From Phoronis australis (taxonomy: Eukaryota; Animalia; Phoronida), in assembly GCA_002633005.1 (NCBI GenBank), contig NMRA01000408.1:186001-250000 (forward strand): a stretch of DNA of 64,000 nt, in the 5' to 3' direction. Under the pieces are notes generated by a model. The model made no database searches and was not told where the DNA came from. It was given only the letters and a program-made list of their open reading frames with translations. Positions 1 to 14,484 of the stretch are shown here, piece by piece (position 1 is the first letter of the stretch; every line of letters starts with the position of its first letter). Position numbers and translations under genes: made by a program.

Positions 1-222
1 AAATAGATTGTCATTTACATAAATCTAAACACTCCCACTCTTATTAAGTATGATTAAAATAATACAAATAATCTGTTAGTGTCACACCTGATACAATGAA
101 ATGGTTATAGCATAATAAGAACTATGAGTAAAAATATAAAATACATATCTACTAAATGGCTACTCACATAAACCTGTGCACAAATAAATTTAAACCTTTG
201 AAAATTTCAATGAAATACTATT

Positions 223-861
223 CATGTGCGCACCCAGGGGGTGGGGGGCTCGGATGAGCCCCCCCCCCATTTGGCGAAGTGAGCAAAAAGGTCCGCCTCA
301 GACAGACAAAAAGTCCGAAAAAGTAGAAAATGAGGCAAATGTCCACTAAAAAGGCATATGCGCAATTCATAGTTGTGAAAGTTTCAAAAGTCCCGTTTAG
401 ACATCAACTTTCGTCCCGGTGCAACTGACACGAAGCGAATTGACCCGTGTCAAGCAGCTGTTTACACACACAACTCACTAACCGTGGCAAGAAAATTAAA
501 GGCTGGAGAGACAGGATCGCACATGCGCAGGTTTACAAATGACGAAAGTTGCAGAGACAAAGAACCCGTAAGTACGTCATTGCACAAGCGCAGTAGAGAT
601 GATCCTTTCCGCCTTACTCCAGTTCGGCGTTTAGACACGGCGCAAATGTTCGGGCGCAAATTACTCTACCTCACAAACGGGTGGCAAAAATTTGTCATCG
701 CAGTGTCAATTTGTTCTGTGTCAGTCCGTTTACACACTGGAACTACTTGTTCTGTGTCAGCTGATCCGTGTCAACTTTGTAAGTGTAAAAAAGCACTTTA
801 GTAAAAGGTCCACATTCTCAAAAATTCGAGCACCCCCATTTTTAGGCTGGGTGCGCACATG
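223..861. mobile_element. Non-autonomous TIR element (MITE) in scramblase 3' region
   Basis: Perfect 15-bp TIRs catgtgcgcacccag (223-237) and ctgggtgcgcacatg (847-861); near-TSD ctatt/ctgtt; internal gtttacacac/gtgtcaa subrepeats suggest a nested second MITE. Confidence 0.75.
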
Positions 862-1125
862 CTGTTGCATAACCTATAATGAAAAAATAGATTGCTTCCT
901 TCAAAATTATAGACGTCATGAACTGTTATACAACAGGTAAAAAGTAATTAAAATGAAACCACATAAAGTCTTGTACAATCACTGGCATCACAATTCTGCG
1001 CCTCCTGAAACAACTACTAACACTTCAATCAAAACCAAGCAAAGGTCAAAGGTCATGTTGCCACTCCAAACTTGTATGGACGCTGAAGAAACCTGTGTCT
1101 ATCACGCTGTTTGCTGTCACGCATG

Positions 1126-1220
1126 CTAGTTGTTCTTGTTGGTTTCAAAATACATGAAATCTACCAAGAAGGTGGCGCCAAACAAGATGGCCTTTTGCTG
1201 GACATCCATGTCAGGAGGGA
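1126..1220 (-). CDS. PLSCR: Scramblase last coding exon (FPPDMDVQQKAILFGATFLVDFMYFETNKNN*)
   Basis: cttgtag|TC...TAG; canonical PLSCR C-terminal helix. Confidence 0.95.
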
Positions 1221-4200
1221 CTACAAGACAAAGCAAGTCATGACAATTGGTCGTTCGTCGAAGGCTGCTATATTTGCCTCATGTAACATTCTCAAATACA
1301 TACTTTAAACAAATTTTACTACAACATGGACACATCATCGGGGATCTACAATAGTCGGGACGCTTGTATAGACCCGCTAGGTAGAACATCAAAGTGAGTG
1401 AAAATGAAACAACTGTGAAAATACATACTGTAATCAACTGAAGAAATGGCATGAAGGTTGGGACATTAGTTCTGACGGTGCATGTGATTCTGTGGAAACT
1501 AAGGGCTTGAGTGCCGACAAAGAGCTTTTAACTGAACTTCCTACCTCAAGTGAACGACATCTGACACCTCATGTCAAAGTATGAGCAACTGAATGAAGAA
1601 TTCAATTGTTTTTTCACGCCTTGATGTGAGCTGTCAGCTCGGGTATAGTTCACTTGAGTCTGTAGGTATCTGTCTGCACTGGTGGCCTACGAAATAACTT
1701 ACACAGTCACTGTGTGAACATGAGAATTTGTAACATGTTCAGATGTTTAGACTACTAACACCGTTGCAATGACTACACACTTACACTGAACGCTGAAGTC
1801 GTTGACGCCCCCGCATATCTCACGTGCCCCTCCCCAGTGTTTGACGATGGCTCCAATTTCCTGGGTTTTGTCAGGGTTCAACACCTGAAATACACACAAA
1901 ATTATGGAAGGCCAAACAAAATTATGGAAGGCCAAACAAAATTATGGAAGGCCAAACAAAATTATGGAAGGACAAACAAAATTATGGAAGGCCAAACAAA
2001 ATGGAGCATAACGCTTCCTTCATAATAAAACATCTAAGGATTAAGATTGGTGACTTATTCAGAATAAAAAATCTCACCTCTATGTCAAATTTCAGTGCAT
2101 CAATTGGGCTGCCCCCGTTCCAACTCTCCTACTTCTCAGAGGTTGAAACTGCCTTACATGACTGACCTATTTTTCAAAATGTCAGGCACTCGCTAGTTGA
2201 TTAATGCATTTGAAGAATCTTATGCTAACAGAATTTGCACACAAGTGGACAAGAAACGTGCACTGTTCACCGCAGAGTATCCAGAGAATTCTTCCACCCA
2301 TCAATTAGGCTTGATGGCATTGTCACAGATTGAAGTGAGCTTGACGCTATTCATGGGCTTGGTTGAGCGTTAGATGAGATAATTGCGGTCGTAAACCAAC
2401 ACGCTTGTTTGGCCGTCTTTGAATGTTTAAAAACAATGCACTATAAATAAAATTGACTAATAGGATTCCTTCAGCAGCGTGGCTATGCCACATATATTAA
2501 TTTATGAATCGGTTAGTCGCAGTCTGGCTTAAGCTTGCTGAGGCGTTGGGGTAACAAAACCCCAAATGTTAGCGTAGGAGTTGTCTCATGCAAAGATTGT
2601 CAACATTTTGTATACCAGCTTCAATGCTCAAAGCACTATCACTAGAAATAGAACCACTCCGTGGGAAAGCAGGTTCATGTGTACTCTTGTTTTTATTACT
2701 TCAAAATGATCAGCATAGACCAAATTTTCAGTCACTGCTTCAAGGTCTTACAAAGTTAATGCATTTCCACCCCATAAATGTATTTTGCATCAAGTTCCAG
2801 CATTTATTGGTACGTGGTACACATTTTGTCGCCGATACGCTCATCACTTTCATCCATGATGGATCAAAGCTTCATGCAGATCTTGAAAGAGACTTAAAGG
2901 AGCATGCCACCCAAAAACAACCTAATTTGTATCAATTTAGATCGAGTAGTTCTACTCCATAACGACACGTACGGTTGCGTTACCTGACACCTGACGGCAG
3001 ACGGAGGTGTTGAAATTATCCAATGCCGTCATCGGTTTCACACGCAGTCTGTTCAGCAGTTCACAACACGGGTTACTGGTGTCAGCTTATCGCTTGAAGT
3101 CATCGTTTAACGCCAATAAATCATCAAACTTCGATGTAAAACCCTTAACAATACACCGACTTCTTATAAAAACGTGTTGTTTTATTTCGCTCTAACGGAT
3201 TTATTGGTATTTGGACACACCGTAGCCTACAAAGTTCGGCAGGCCAATAAGGTCCGTAGCAGGAGTTTGGGGTCTCTTCGGAGATAATTTCGAAGTATTT
3301 TCCGTGAGATACAGACAGGAGAACCTAGATCTATGTTGTTTGGATTTGTGATTTTTTGAGTTCTAAACAAAAAACGCTTCTTAGCCTGGCCAGTGGCTNC
3401 CCCGCCAGTGGCTCGGAAACTGATCAGACATCACGAACATAAACCAGCCAAAGTTCAGTCAAGAAAATACTATACTACTGAGCCAAAGTAATGTGCGCCT
3501 GATTATGTTGGTGACTTAGCCACGAAACTGCAAATCTACTTACTCGTCGGGGGCGGCGAATTCAGGTTCTGCTTTGGCCACAGCACTGTCAGGGCAGAAG
3601 TTGTACATTGACAATCATTATTTGAGTAATGTAAATGTAAATAAAGATTCCCCTAACACCTGGCTGTGGGATGGAAATTGAGTTGTTTCACAACAGTTTC
3701 TGTCAGCTAACACTAAATTAGCAAGAACTTACATGGCCTAGGTGTCCCGTCAATTAGTTTTATTGCACCTAAAGGTCGGTAAAGCAGTGATTTATTCATT
3801 GCTGGCTTCTCAAATCACTTGCACTCACGAACACTCCAAAGGCATTACAAACTGCATCTAATGAGTCAGACTTTGTTTCAGTTTTATATAAGTATTGGTT
3901 AGGGTGAGAATAATTCATATTGAAACAGAAAGCTCAGTAATAAACGCCAACATGGCAACTCGCAATCCCGATTTAGGACGAGCTAGAGCTCATCAGTCCT
4001 GACTTCGCAGGTGGATCGTTAAGTTTTACAGGCTATCAATTCGAACAGGAATACAGTGATGGAGAAATACTAGAAAGGCGCCGTGAACAAGCTCAGACAA
4101 CGGAACACATGGAGTTATTTGGTAAGCTGGCATTCGTCAGGCACTGTCTACGTCTGCAAGACACAGACACGGAGATGTTTCATGGCCTCATACTTGCTAT

Positions 4201-7200
4201 TTACAGCATACATTTCATTCTTCACTACCATGAGCCACTTCCTAAGCATTTCGGATTCTCAAGGAAGTAAAAAAAACGATATTCCCGCTTTCCTTGCAGC
4301 TGCTTAGTTCGGACAACCGGGAACGATGCACCGCAACATAGCGGCATTCACTCTGCACATGAACCACTGACGTCGCTAGCATCGTTTCTCACCTTCCTCA
4401 CAGGTTAACGCGACACCTCTTGGCAAGGCAAAGTCGACCGTATGCGAGGCGATGTGGATATAGACCGATTAAGACAGCAAAAAAGACTAATTAAATCGGG
4501 TGGCATTCTCCTTTAAATGTCATTCTGAGGAAAAAGTGACCATTGTTCTGTTAAGCTTGCAAAAACAGTGAACAACCCAAACTGAGCTACAACAACCTGA
4601 TAATCAGTGAAGCGAATCAAAATTTTTTTTTCCTAATCAATCGGAAACCTTTCCGATTCCAGGCTCCATTCTGAATCGGTTTTGAGTGATATCGCAGAGT
4701 ACTGACAACCATTGGGTATTACCTGGAATGGTACATCCGTGCAGCACTTGATATAACAACACGGCCCGTCAATCTTGAAGATGGGAGTTTCCGTTGTATC
4801 GTACACAGTGTAGCGGGGGTAGATACAAGTCCACCTATCAAAAGTAAAAAGAATATTTTCATTTTTTGGCATAGTATCAATTGTGTTCCTATTCTGCTAA
4901 AACTTTTTACTCTTATGATCCAGTGTCATCACAAAACAGCAAATATGAATAACATATTTTTACAGGCATTTTACTAAGCACCTGACCTCAGTCAAACGTT
5001 CACTATTCCGCACAAAGTTGTTATCCAATTTCTCGCACCAAAAAGCAGAAATAAGAAAATTAATTATTGCCCTACATATTTTATATTTGTTGTTTATCTG
5101 ATCCGTGAGTTTTGAATATCAAGTTCATCGTTAAATTTTTATCTACATGTGAACTAAAGACACCCAGTAATTTTTCAAAAAGCATTCTCTGAAAAGCGTC
5201 CCATGTTTTGAGATAAAAGCTAGAAAAAGTGAATTACACACGCAGCCATTGAGACAGTTGTCAACATGCACACATCACACTGTTACTGAGAAGGACATTA
5301 TCGTGCACACATGATACATTCGTTCCTATTGGTTGGAATACATCCATTCAACTTTTATTGGCTAATCAAATCTTGCCACAACACATGGTTTGCTAGGCAA
5401 ATTAGCATATATCATACTTTAATCGGACAGTCACCTGAAGCAGATAAACTATTGACGTTGCCATGGTAATTTTAATTTTGTTTCAGCGAGAAAAATGTCT
5501 CTTGCCAAGAGAGGTCATCACTGGGACAATCCGCGTGCCAGGCTGACGAATTGTCAACAATCTCTAATCTTTGAAAGTTCAAAAATCTTGAGTTTTCAGT
5601 CTGCTGAATTACTATCTAGTCATAACAATATTTGATGGCACGAGTTTTTAGTTATGAAATCAAGCGGCCTGACAAACTATGTTTTGTCTCGGATTGGACA
5701 GAAGTCTCGCCAGATAATCTCACTTTAACACCTAATTTTTATGTTTTTCGGTCAATGTGATGTATCACGTGTGCATAATTTATGTGTCAAGTACGTGTCC
5801 TCTTATAGGCATTATGTGCAATTCTGACTATTTGTACTAAGTTTCAACCACTTAAAGTGAACCAAACATGAAACACGAATCATTCCAGAATTGAAAGGTA
5901 CTTGGAACAGAACACCGTGATTTATCCAATTGTGAAGATTTGTAAGGCTAAGCATGAACTGTCCAACTCCTACAGAGGACACCAAGGATGCCTTTTTGGT
6001 TTTGTTGATAAAGTCAAAGCATTTAGCGCAAAAATTTGACTGAAAACTGGACTGCGACATTTTTAGCCACAAATGCAACGCCTAACTCAGTCACCATACT
6101 CGAATTAAAAACAAAAACCACCAAAACTTTAGCAGCTGCGAATTTCGTAATAATACCTAGATAAGTCCAATTTTAGTCCATTTTGGAGAGCAAAACCTGT
6201 CCATAAGAATCAAACACTCTCCACAAAAACTTCAACAAGTAGTCTGCGAAACAAAATAGGAGCGAGGACGTTTTGTAAAATATCCCATTTCTTGCTTTGA
6301 ATGTCACCCCAGCCCACAAAGAAGTAGTTACGCAATGGGTCGTAAGGGTATCACAGGACATCATCTGATAGTAACCAGAAGCGTGTTCAATAAAGTGAGT
6401 GCCTGTGAGCGATTTTAGCGCCCTCGTCCTGAACAGCTGTGTTCACGTTAGCGCTCGCGAACAAACTCAAGAGCATGTTCGCTTAGATTTCCAAGATGGC
6501 GTCCTGCGAAGGCTTCACGTCTGCAACATATGAACCCATTATGGTTCTGCAACACGAAAACCAACCTCAAAAGTTGACCGACTCATCCGAAACTGCGACT
6601 TAAACTGCGGGTCGCTGTAGCGAGGAACAGTTTCCTCGATGTAATTTTCGATTCTTGTCGTTCCAAAGCCTTCACGGTTGTTGTCTTGGGCTGCCGATAT
6701 TAACAATTATTGGCAAAGATTAATCATATTATAGCTCAGTACGCCATAGGAAGGACTGTTACTGTTAAGCTCATCGGCTAAGACATTCAACACAATGTGC
6801 TTCAGAGTCGCCATACTGGATCGCACAGTGAGCGCTCACAGCTGTTCAGGAGCTGTTCCTTGTGTTTGCGAGTACATGCTTAGCGGGCGCTCACTCTGTT
6901 GAACACGCTTCTGGAAAGTACGCTGATGCATCATAGGCAGTAAAGATTACATCACCAGATGTAAGAAGAGCCAAACATCCTGTCAGCTGAGACTACTAAT
7001 ATGACCATTAACTTTCTGCCTAAAGTGCAGACAGAGCAAATTAAGCAAATGCCTCTATTGACCAACCAAATGTTGACAGGTTATATAATGTTCAGTTTTC
7101 CAGTTGCATCAGAGCTTAAGCTGTCTTTCTGTAACAAAATGTGTCAACAACTAGCAAGTGCAGTGACTGTAAAGTGTAAACCCATACTTTCTGAATGAAC

Positions 7201-10200
7201 TACATAAAATGAGGGAAAATTACACTCCACCATCACTGGTGCATTGGGAATATGACAAGAATCCTACGTTGACATCCAAACCGGATGAGATTGGGCAGAA
7301 ACACACTGGGGGGAGGATTTTTTTTAATTTTCGATTTGAAAGTTTTTAAATATAATAATCACATTTGAATAGTTCATGAAAGCAGACATTGTTTGGTTTT
7401 TGAATTTTTAAAATCGGACAAGAAATGTGACTTTTAGCCTGTGAATTTTAACCGAAAGTTGCCCAGAGCTCGAACGTTGTACTGTGCCTCATTAATTATG
7501 TGTGTAGCACATGGGCGGGGCAGCACTGAAAAAAGTGGGCGGGGGGCATAGCCCCCCCAAGCACCCCTGTAATGCACCACCCATAAATAATGGGCAGCGC
7601 AGCACTGAAAAAAGTGGGGGCTATAGCCCCCCAGCCCCGTATGGTGCGCTGCCCATGCAACATAATGGCCAATTACCGAACCAGCAGAGAGTGTTGGATT
7701 TTGAGGTAGGCCAAGGTCATCGTACAATTCTTGACATGAAGACGAGGTTAAATCATACTAAATTCTGTTTCGATGATTTCAACCAATCCTGTCACCCGCT
7801 AATGCATCATTGGCGTCAATTGTGACAGAGCAGGAATCAACTAAAAACTCGTAGCTCCTACCTCCTATCTCAAACTGGATTGGACATCGTGATCTTTAGT
7901 GGGTGGTCGTTTCCCACAGTTGCCGTGTAATTCGCTACAAGCATAGGTCACGCTTACTCATTTAGCAGACTTTGAAAGGGGTTTTCAAATTTTCCTCCAA
8001 TCTTTAGAGGCTAGCCGAGGGTTACAGAGCCTTACTTTGTTCCAGAGATGGATGGAAAGTCTTTATAGTATCTGCTCATAAGCCAAACCCAGGTTGGTCA
8101 GCAACAACATTGTATTAGATCATTTATGATAACTTGCGAATGATCTTAGAACAGCATGGGAATTCTTCACCAATGTTTAGCACACAATATGGCCGACAAG
8201 TGATATTTTGTCTTGTCAAAGTTTTCAACAAACATGAAGATTAACAAAAATTTTTGTTTATCATAAGCTTTGTTACTGCTGGGCATTTGTAAAAAACAAC
8301 AACATTTGGGGAAGTTTCCATTATTTGTTGCATGGTCATCAGCCTTTAAGAAATAAAAACTGACAATTTTGGAAATAAGTTTTATCCAAAGATAATTATC
8401 ACGTGTGATGCCATCCTAAACAGCACTTCAATTTGGAAAATTTAATCAAGCTTGTGTATCACCCTTCTGCACACAGACAAAAACATATGGAAGTCTCAAA
8501 TATTACGTGCGCACCTATGCGCACTTGTGTATTGTACTGTATAAGTGTTGTGTGTGTACTGTGGGCCGATAGCCTCGAATGCAAATAACTATAATAATGT
8601 GACTTCGAAGCAATCACGGAGTCAGGGAAGTCATGATAAAAATTTATGCAACAAGAAAAGAAGGAAATACAGTGAAATGAAAGAGTGCAATTCATAGTGC
8701 ATTCCATAGTCTCAGAATGAAAGTCAAGAAAAAGGGTAATAACTATCCAGTGACTGTAATAATAATAATGTTGACAAAGAGCAAAAAAATTCTCTTCATT
8801 TCAAGCTGCATATTGCCAGTTTGCCAGCGAGACTGCTTCGGATTTCATTCAATTCAACTTTTGATGTTTATAACGTAGTTCATGAACTTATTATTTGGTA
8901 GAACGGACGGGACGCCACCCAGATGCTCCGGATGGCTTCGTCTGATAAGACCAGGCTCATACTGTTCATTAGAAATGTGTTAGCTAAGGCTACTGACAGC
9001 CCATTCTTACACACTTACTCAGGGGCATCTTTAACAAAAATGACTTTAGAAGGTTTAGTCAGAAATTTGGTCTTACAATCAACACAACTATTTACGAATT
9101 TAATTTCTCTTTGACAAAAGTACAAAGTCTTTTAGAATATGCCCATTACAGTTAGTTCCTGAGATAATTTGTGCTAATTATTTCCAGGGTGTGATGCGCT
9201 ACACCAATATGAAGTGGGTGTGGAAGACCAAATTCCTGACTTAGTCGTAATTAGTCACTGTTCTTGAAACCCCATAATTCACTCACAATACAAGGTCACT
9301 CAACTCAATGCATCACTTCTTAGTAGAAATAGAACAATCACTTCCTGTTTTTAATCTTAAATTTGTAAGGCTTCCTTCAGCTGAAGTAAACAACTTTAAC
9401 ATTTCAAGTGATAAATCAGTTAAGAAATAACTGATAAACAAGTATGACCTTACACATTAAACACTCAAAACAACATTTACAGTAAATGCATTATACTGAC
9501 TCTTCCTTTATGGTGGCGATGATGTTCCCTGGGGGGCACTCAATGTTCATCTCTTGAAGACAACAGGGGCAGCAGGCACCCTGACAGTTCAAAGGTCGGG
9601 TCAGCCTCATTATCAGCTGTTCATTATTGTCGGTGATGTTGATCGTAAATGGACGTAGAGTACCACACCAGTAGCGAGTGCAGAACTCCGTATCTGTAAA
9701 AATAACATCATTAGAGTTAAGTAGATTATTGACAACCAGCACGAGATACTAATTCCCAGGTAAAACGAAAACATTCTTTGAAATACAAAGTGTGTAGAAT
9801 TTTGACTTTATACCAATCTAGTACCACTACTCCCGGATATCAATCTAAAACATTAAATCGATAAAGTGACGTCTTATTCATAGAATTTAGCAGAAAAGGT
9901 ATGTCCACACCAAAACAACAGTATCAGTAACATGATCAAATTTCCCTTGATATAAATGTTCGTGATTGAAATCTCAAAAACGCTGTCATTTTTCTAAATT
10001 ATTTCAGTTTGTGCGACTTCCTATTTCGTTCATGAAATCATAATGTCCCATTTTTAATAGCCCTAGTGCAAAAATGGATATTTAAAAACATTTCCTTACT
10101 GGGCTTTAAAGAACAGTACGTAAAGCGTAGTAAATCTTAAAGTTTTCACACGAATACAATCAGACATTTCTGTAATGTGATGTTTTCTTTCAAGTTGTTG

Positions 10201-13200
10201 ATTTCGACGGCTCTTTTTTGCCGACACACTTATGCCCTCATTGGTGAAACGCAATTTGTATAATTCTGAAAATGTCGTTAAGACACCTGTCCGACCAATC
10301 AACTCAATGTACTGAAATCTCTTAAAGTTTGATTTAGAAAAAGTATTTTTTCCACATGAAAACAGTTCCTTAATTTTGATAACTGTAACTATTAAAAACC
10401 TACATCAGTTTTCTTCCCCAAATATTCTAATTTGTTTCAAAGTACAGACATATCGTAACCACGAACTTTTGCCAACTATTACTAATAGAAGCACCTCTTT
10501 TTTACTAGTCTCACCTGAAAAGCTTGTGCCAACTAGTTCTATTAGCTTACACCTTCGGAAATTCACTAAATATTATTATTTTGTGTCAGCTATACTGCTT
10601 CGTCCTCATTATCATGCTTTGATTCTCGGGTCAGTGACCTTTCTTGGTTTCCCCCTATTGTTTTTTTGTACCACATGATTTCTTTTAGGTTAGAGGGAAT
10701 CTTGAGAAATTTAAAGTGAAGTTTCACCATTGTTAAGCTGGCAATCTTGAATTTAAAAATAATCAGTGCTCATCCAGACTTGAACTGTTCTCGAATGAGC
10801 TGACAACTTGAGTCAAAGGCAATGCATACGCGAGGCATTTTCAAATTCGCATTTTGTGGTTGCCCAACCCCAATAAATTCTTAAGCGTTTTCTTGAGTCG
10901 TTGATGCTGATGTTCCTGTTGGTAACGGAAATAGAATCCCATGATAATAAGGAATAACAAGAAACCGATTTTATTGGAGTAAAAGGCCTAATTCAATTTT
11001 TGTTTTTTACCAAGCTAAACTGACAGGGCGAATTGCAGCTTTCTATAATCAAGGTTGGACCTTAAACCCACCTACCATATAGAACATGATGCACGTAAGG
11101 TTATGAAATGGAAGTTGTGTATTCACGCCCTCTCCACACACAGTAAAGTTTCCTCGATTTAGAACACAAGGCGGAACAGCGAAATTTAGTGAAAAATTTT
11201 CAATAAAAATCAACAGGAAAAAGTTTGCATCATAATTTGCACAATTTATATTGTACAACTGTAATCAACAAACACATGAGAGTAATGTTTAGCCCTGTTA
11301 GCAATGCAGTGTCCCAGGTATTGAATTGTGGAAAATGACCATTCTGGCAATTATATTTCCTCAAATTTCAGGAGACTTTACCAAACAATTAGATGTTTTA
11401 TCTGTGAAATGAAAGTGTTGCCGGACAAGCTTAACCTTCTGAAGTCAGCCAGTGTCAAGTAAAAGGTCGATGAATGAAAGGTTAGGCATGAATACCCAAT
11501 AATGAAGTATCATGGCATATCATCACTGCACACAAGCAGCCTATTGTCAGATCTGGTTTGAAAACTTCCCATGACCTATGAAAGGTCATTGAGGTCAAGT
11601 TAAACCCAACTAACTGGAAGTGGGACTACTCAGGATAACATGATGTTAAATACACATCTAAGCTGACTTGCAATATATGGGTCTCAGATTACACTATTGA
11701 GGGCTTGACTATTCCAAACACTTAGAGGGTAATAAAACAAATACCTTCTGTCAGGACCATAAACCCTTTGTTAATCTGTGCTTAATAACAACCAACTGGG
11801 CCAGTTTTAGTCATAAAAGGCCTTTCTTTCCCACTGGCTCTGAAGCTTACCTGTTGCTGAAGTTTCGGCCAATGGAACACTTAACTTCGGTCTAAAATCA
11901 AAGTTAACACCGCAAGTTAACTCTGAAGTAAAAAGGTGGATTTAACAGAAAAGCGTCAACGCTTTCCTACAATGGGAACACTTAACTGTGATGCCATCGG
12001 AATATGGGCAGGGGTCATTGCCTGCGTTTGCCAACAGCGGGCTGTGTCTCGTAACTAATTGTTAATATTTCATTCTAATAACTATTGCTATCGTCCCATT
12101 GCGGCAACTGCGGGCAGCCTTGTGAAGTGATATTTCCACTTGGGTAGAGGTCCTTGCCATTTTTGATGGCAAACACTGACAAAAACAGCAAGACACGTGA
12201 CCAGTGGTTATATCAGTGCTACCTTGCCACAACTTTGCAGAACTATAACTCTGAAGCTGGTGAAACAATTGCTTAACTTCACCTTTTAACCACAGTTAAC
12301 ATTGAAGCTTCAATAATAGGGAAGCAAACTGAATGGGAAAGGGCCTTAAGAGCGAGGTTCTATTTTCACTGACCTTGCATGTCAATTTCAAAAGGTCATG
12401 ATTTACAACCATATGCAAAACTCTAAGCCATTTATGCCGACCATTTACCCCTTACTAAGCCCAAAATTACAGCCATAGAACTTCCTTTTGTCCCGGAGGT
12501 AAGAAAGCGCATTGCTTCCATAGGCCTTTGTTTTGGAATGTCAAACATAATTTCATGGGTCATGTGGGAAACCGTCGAGGTGTATGGCTGTGGAAATATT
12601 GATGGCCATACAACTCGATGGTTTTAAAAATTGTTTATAAGTGTTAGAATTGAAAAAGGTATCTTCAAGAAGGAGATTCTGTTCTGGGAGCATAGGCCAT
12701 GTTTTGAGTGGCCAGCACCATGCTTGTTGGTCCGCAAATCCTGTTTGGTGATCGGGAAGAAACGTTTGTGAATCGTAGAACTGAATTCATTAGGTGCCTG
12801 AGCGTTGTTTACAAGTGAAGGAGTTACGTTTGTGATTGGTGCAAGCCTGCAACCATGCTGTTTGGGTAGCCTGACACTAGGGTCCAACAAGAAACACAGG
12901 GCTTTGTTCATACATACAGTATGTGGACACATAAAAAGCCAGTAATGGAGGGCTTCATAAATACTAAAACCTCACCAATTTAGCATTGCGTACCATTCCC
13001 CTGGACTGTCAAAACCAAGAAATTTCCAACCTCCCAATCTGATCTAGAATCCCATTAGATTAAAATTGACAATCAAGCGATTTGGTACGCAATGCTGTCG
13101 TTGTAAGGGGGATCACAGCTTGCAGTCACACAAAGTAATCAACAGGTGAAAGTAAGTCTAATTTCTCTGAAAGTCAACCGTTTTTCTTCATTCGCATTTT

Positions 13201-14434
13201 TTGGTGATAGTATTTCATAAAGAGCACATCTTCAAGATATATGTTGAAAACATATTTTTTCTTCTTTGTTGAACATCGTTTTGAAAATACTACTTTTTAA
13301 ATATTGGTTATCATAGGCGTGCTGTTTACAAAGTACTGGCTGGATTACATGAGCTTATCAGATGAATGTAGACAATGAGAGAGATGGACTATGTAAACAT
13401 TGGTTTAACACCTTTCTCCCCTTGCTATCATTGTCCAACTGATAATGACATACAGCTGTAAACCAGAGTTGTGGATTGAGGGAAATTGGGGAAACTCAGC
13501 CCACAGCGCGAGAATGTAACGGGGATTTTATTTTCTGTTTTTTCTTAACAGGTCAGTGGCACCAAATGAATGACTTAAGAGTTAAGTCTTAAAATATGGT
13601 CGCGTTTAGTGAAATGTTGGCATTCACAACAATGTTATAGGAAGCCTTTTAAAAATGAAAAGGAGAATGTTGGCAATTCTTTTTGTCCAAAATTGATGAA
13701 AATTTTACAGCACCAAAAGTATCACATATCCACAAATCACCCCATAGTATGTCTGTAAAAACACTCTGTACACTGATATATAAATCTGACCTAAGGAGAT
13801 CAACCAAAGAATATTTCACCAAATTTCAATTTACTCATGATTCAGGCAATGGGCAACCCTTTGTGTGTGAAAAGCAACATAAATACCCACACACAAAATT
13901 TAAATAACAAAAGCTCATAGAGTGATGAGTGAATAAAACCGCCCAGACAGTTTATGATAAGGTATCCTGGATAAATGAAAATACGCTAAATATTCCAAAG
14001 AACTTAACAGAACAAACATGTTGACACCCACCTGATTATAAACACTTGAGCTCATTTATATCTCTCAATAGAAGAATAGGGATCAGACTACACAAAGAAT
14101 CTTTAGCCCATTTTGTATATAACAAGATTATTAAATTTTCACACATGCGTAAATATTATACTGACAATTCCCAGAAGTACCTGAGTCTCCTTCAGCTCTT
14201 TCAACAATAAATGGTTTATGTATAATTCATACGGCTTGTACAACAAAATACCCTGAACGATCAATACCAATGTTTGATAAAAATCAAACACGGTGTGTTT
14301 TTGTCGAATGAAATGTCACGCAATAACTGATGGAGTCATTGAGGTTAACTTAAAATTAAATGTTTCCTCATTATTATGTAAACTACTCAAAATGCTTCGG
14401 TTGACATCTGACAACGAAATCATTATTATTATTA

Positions 14435-14484
<50 letters not shown>

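Noticed and set aside
2030-2960. Moderately coding-like stretch in a scramblase intron (ORFs 1944-2165, 2588-2962)
   Set aside because: No recognisable domain in any frame and multiple stops; no call can be supported without a search.
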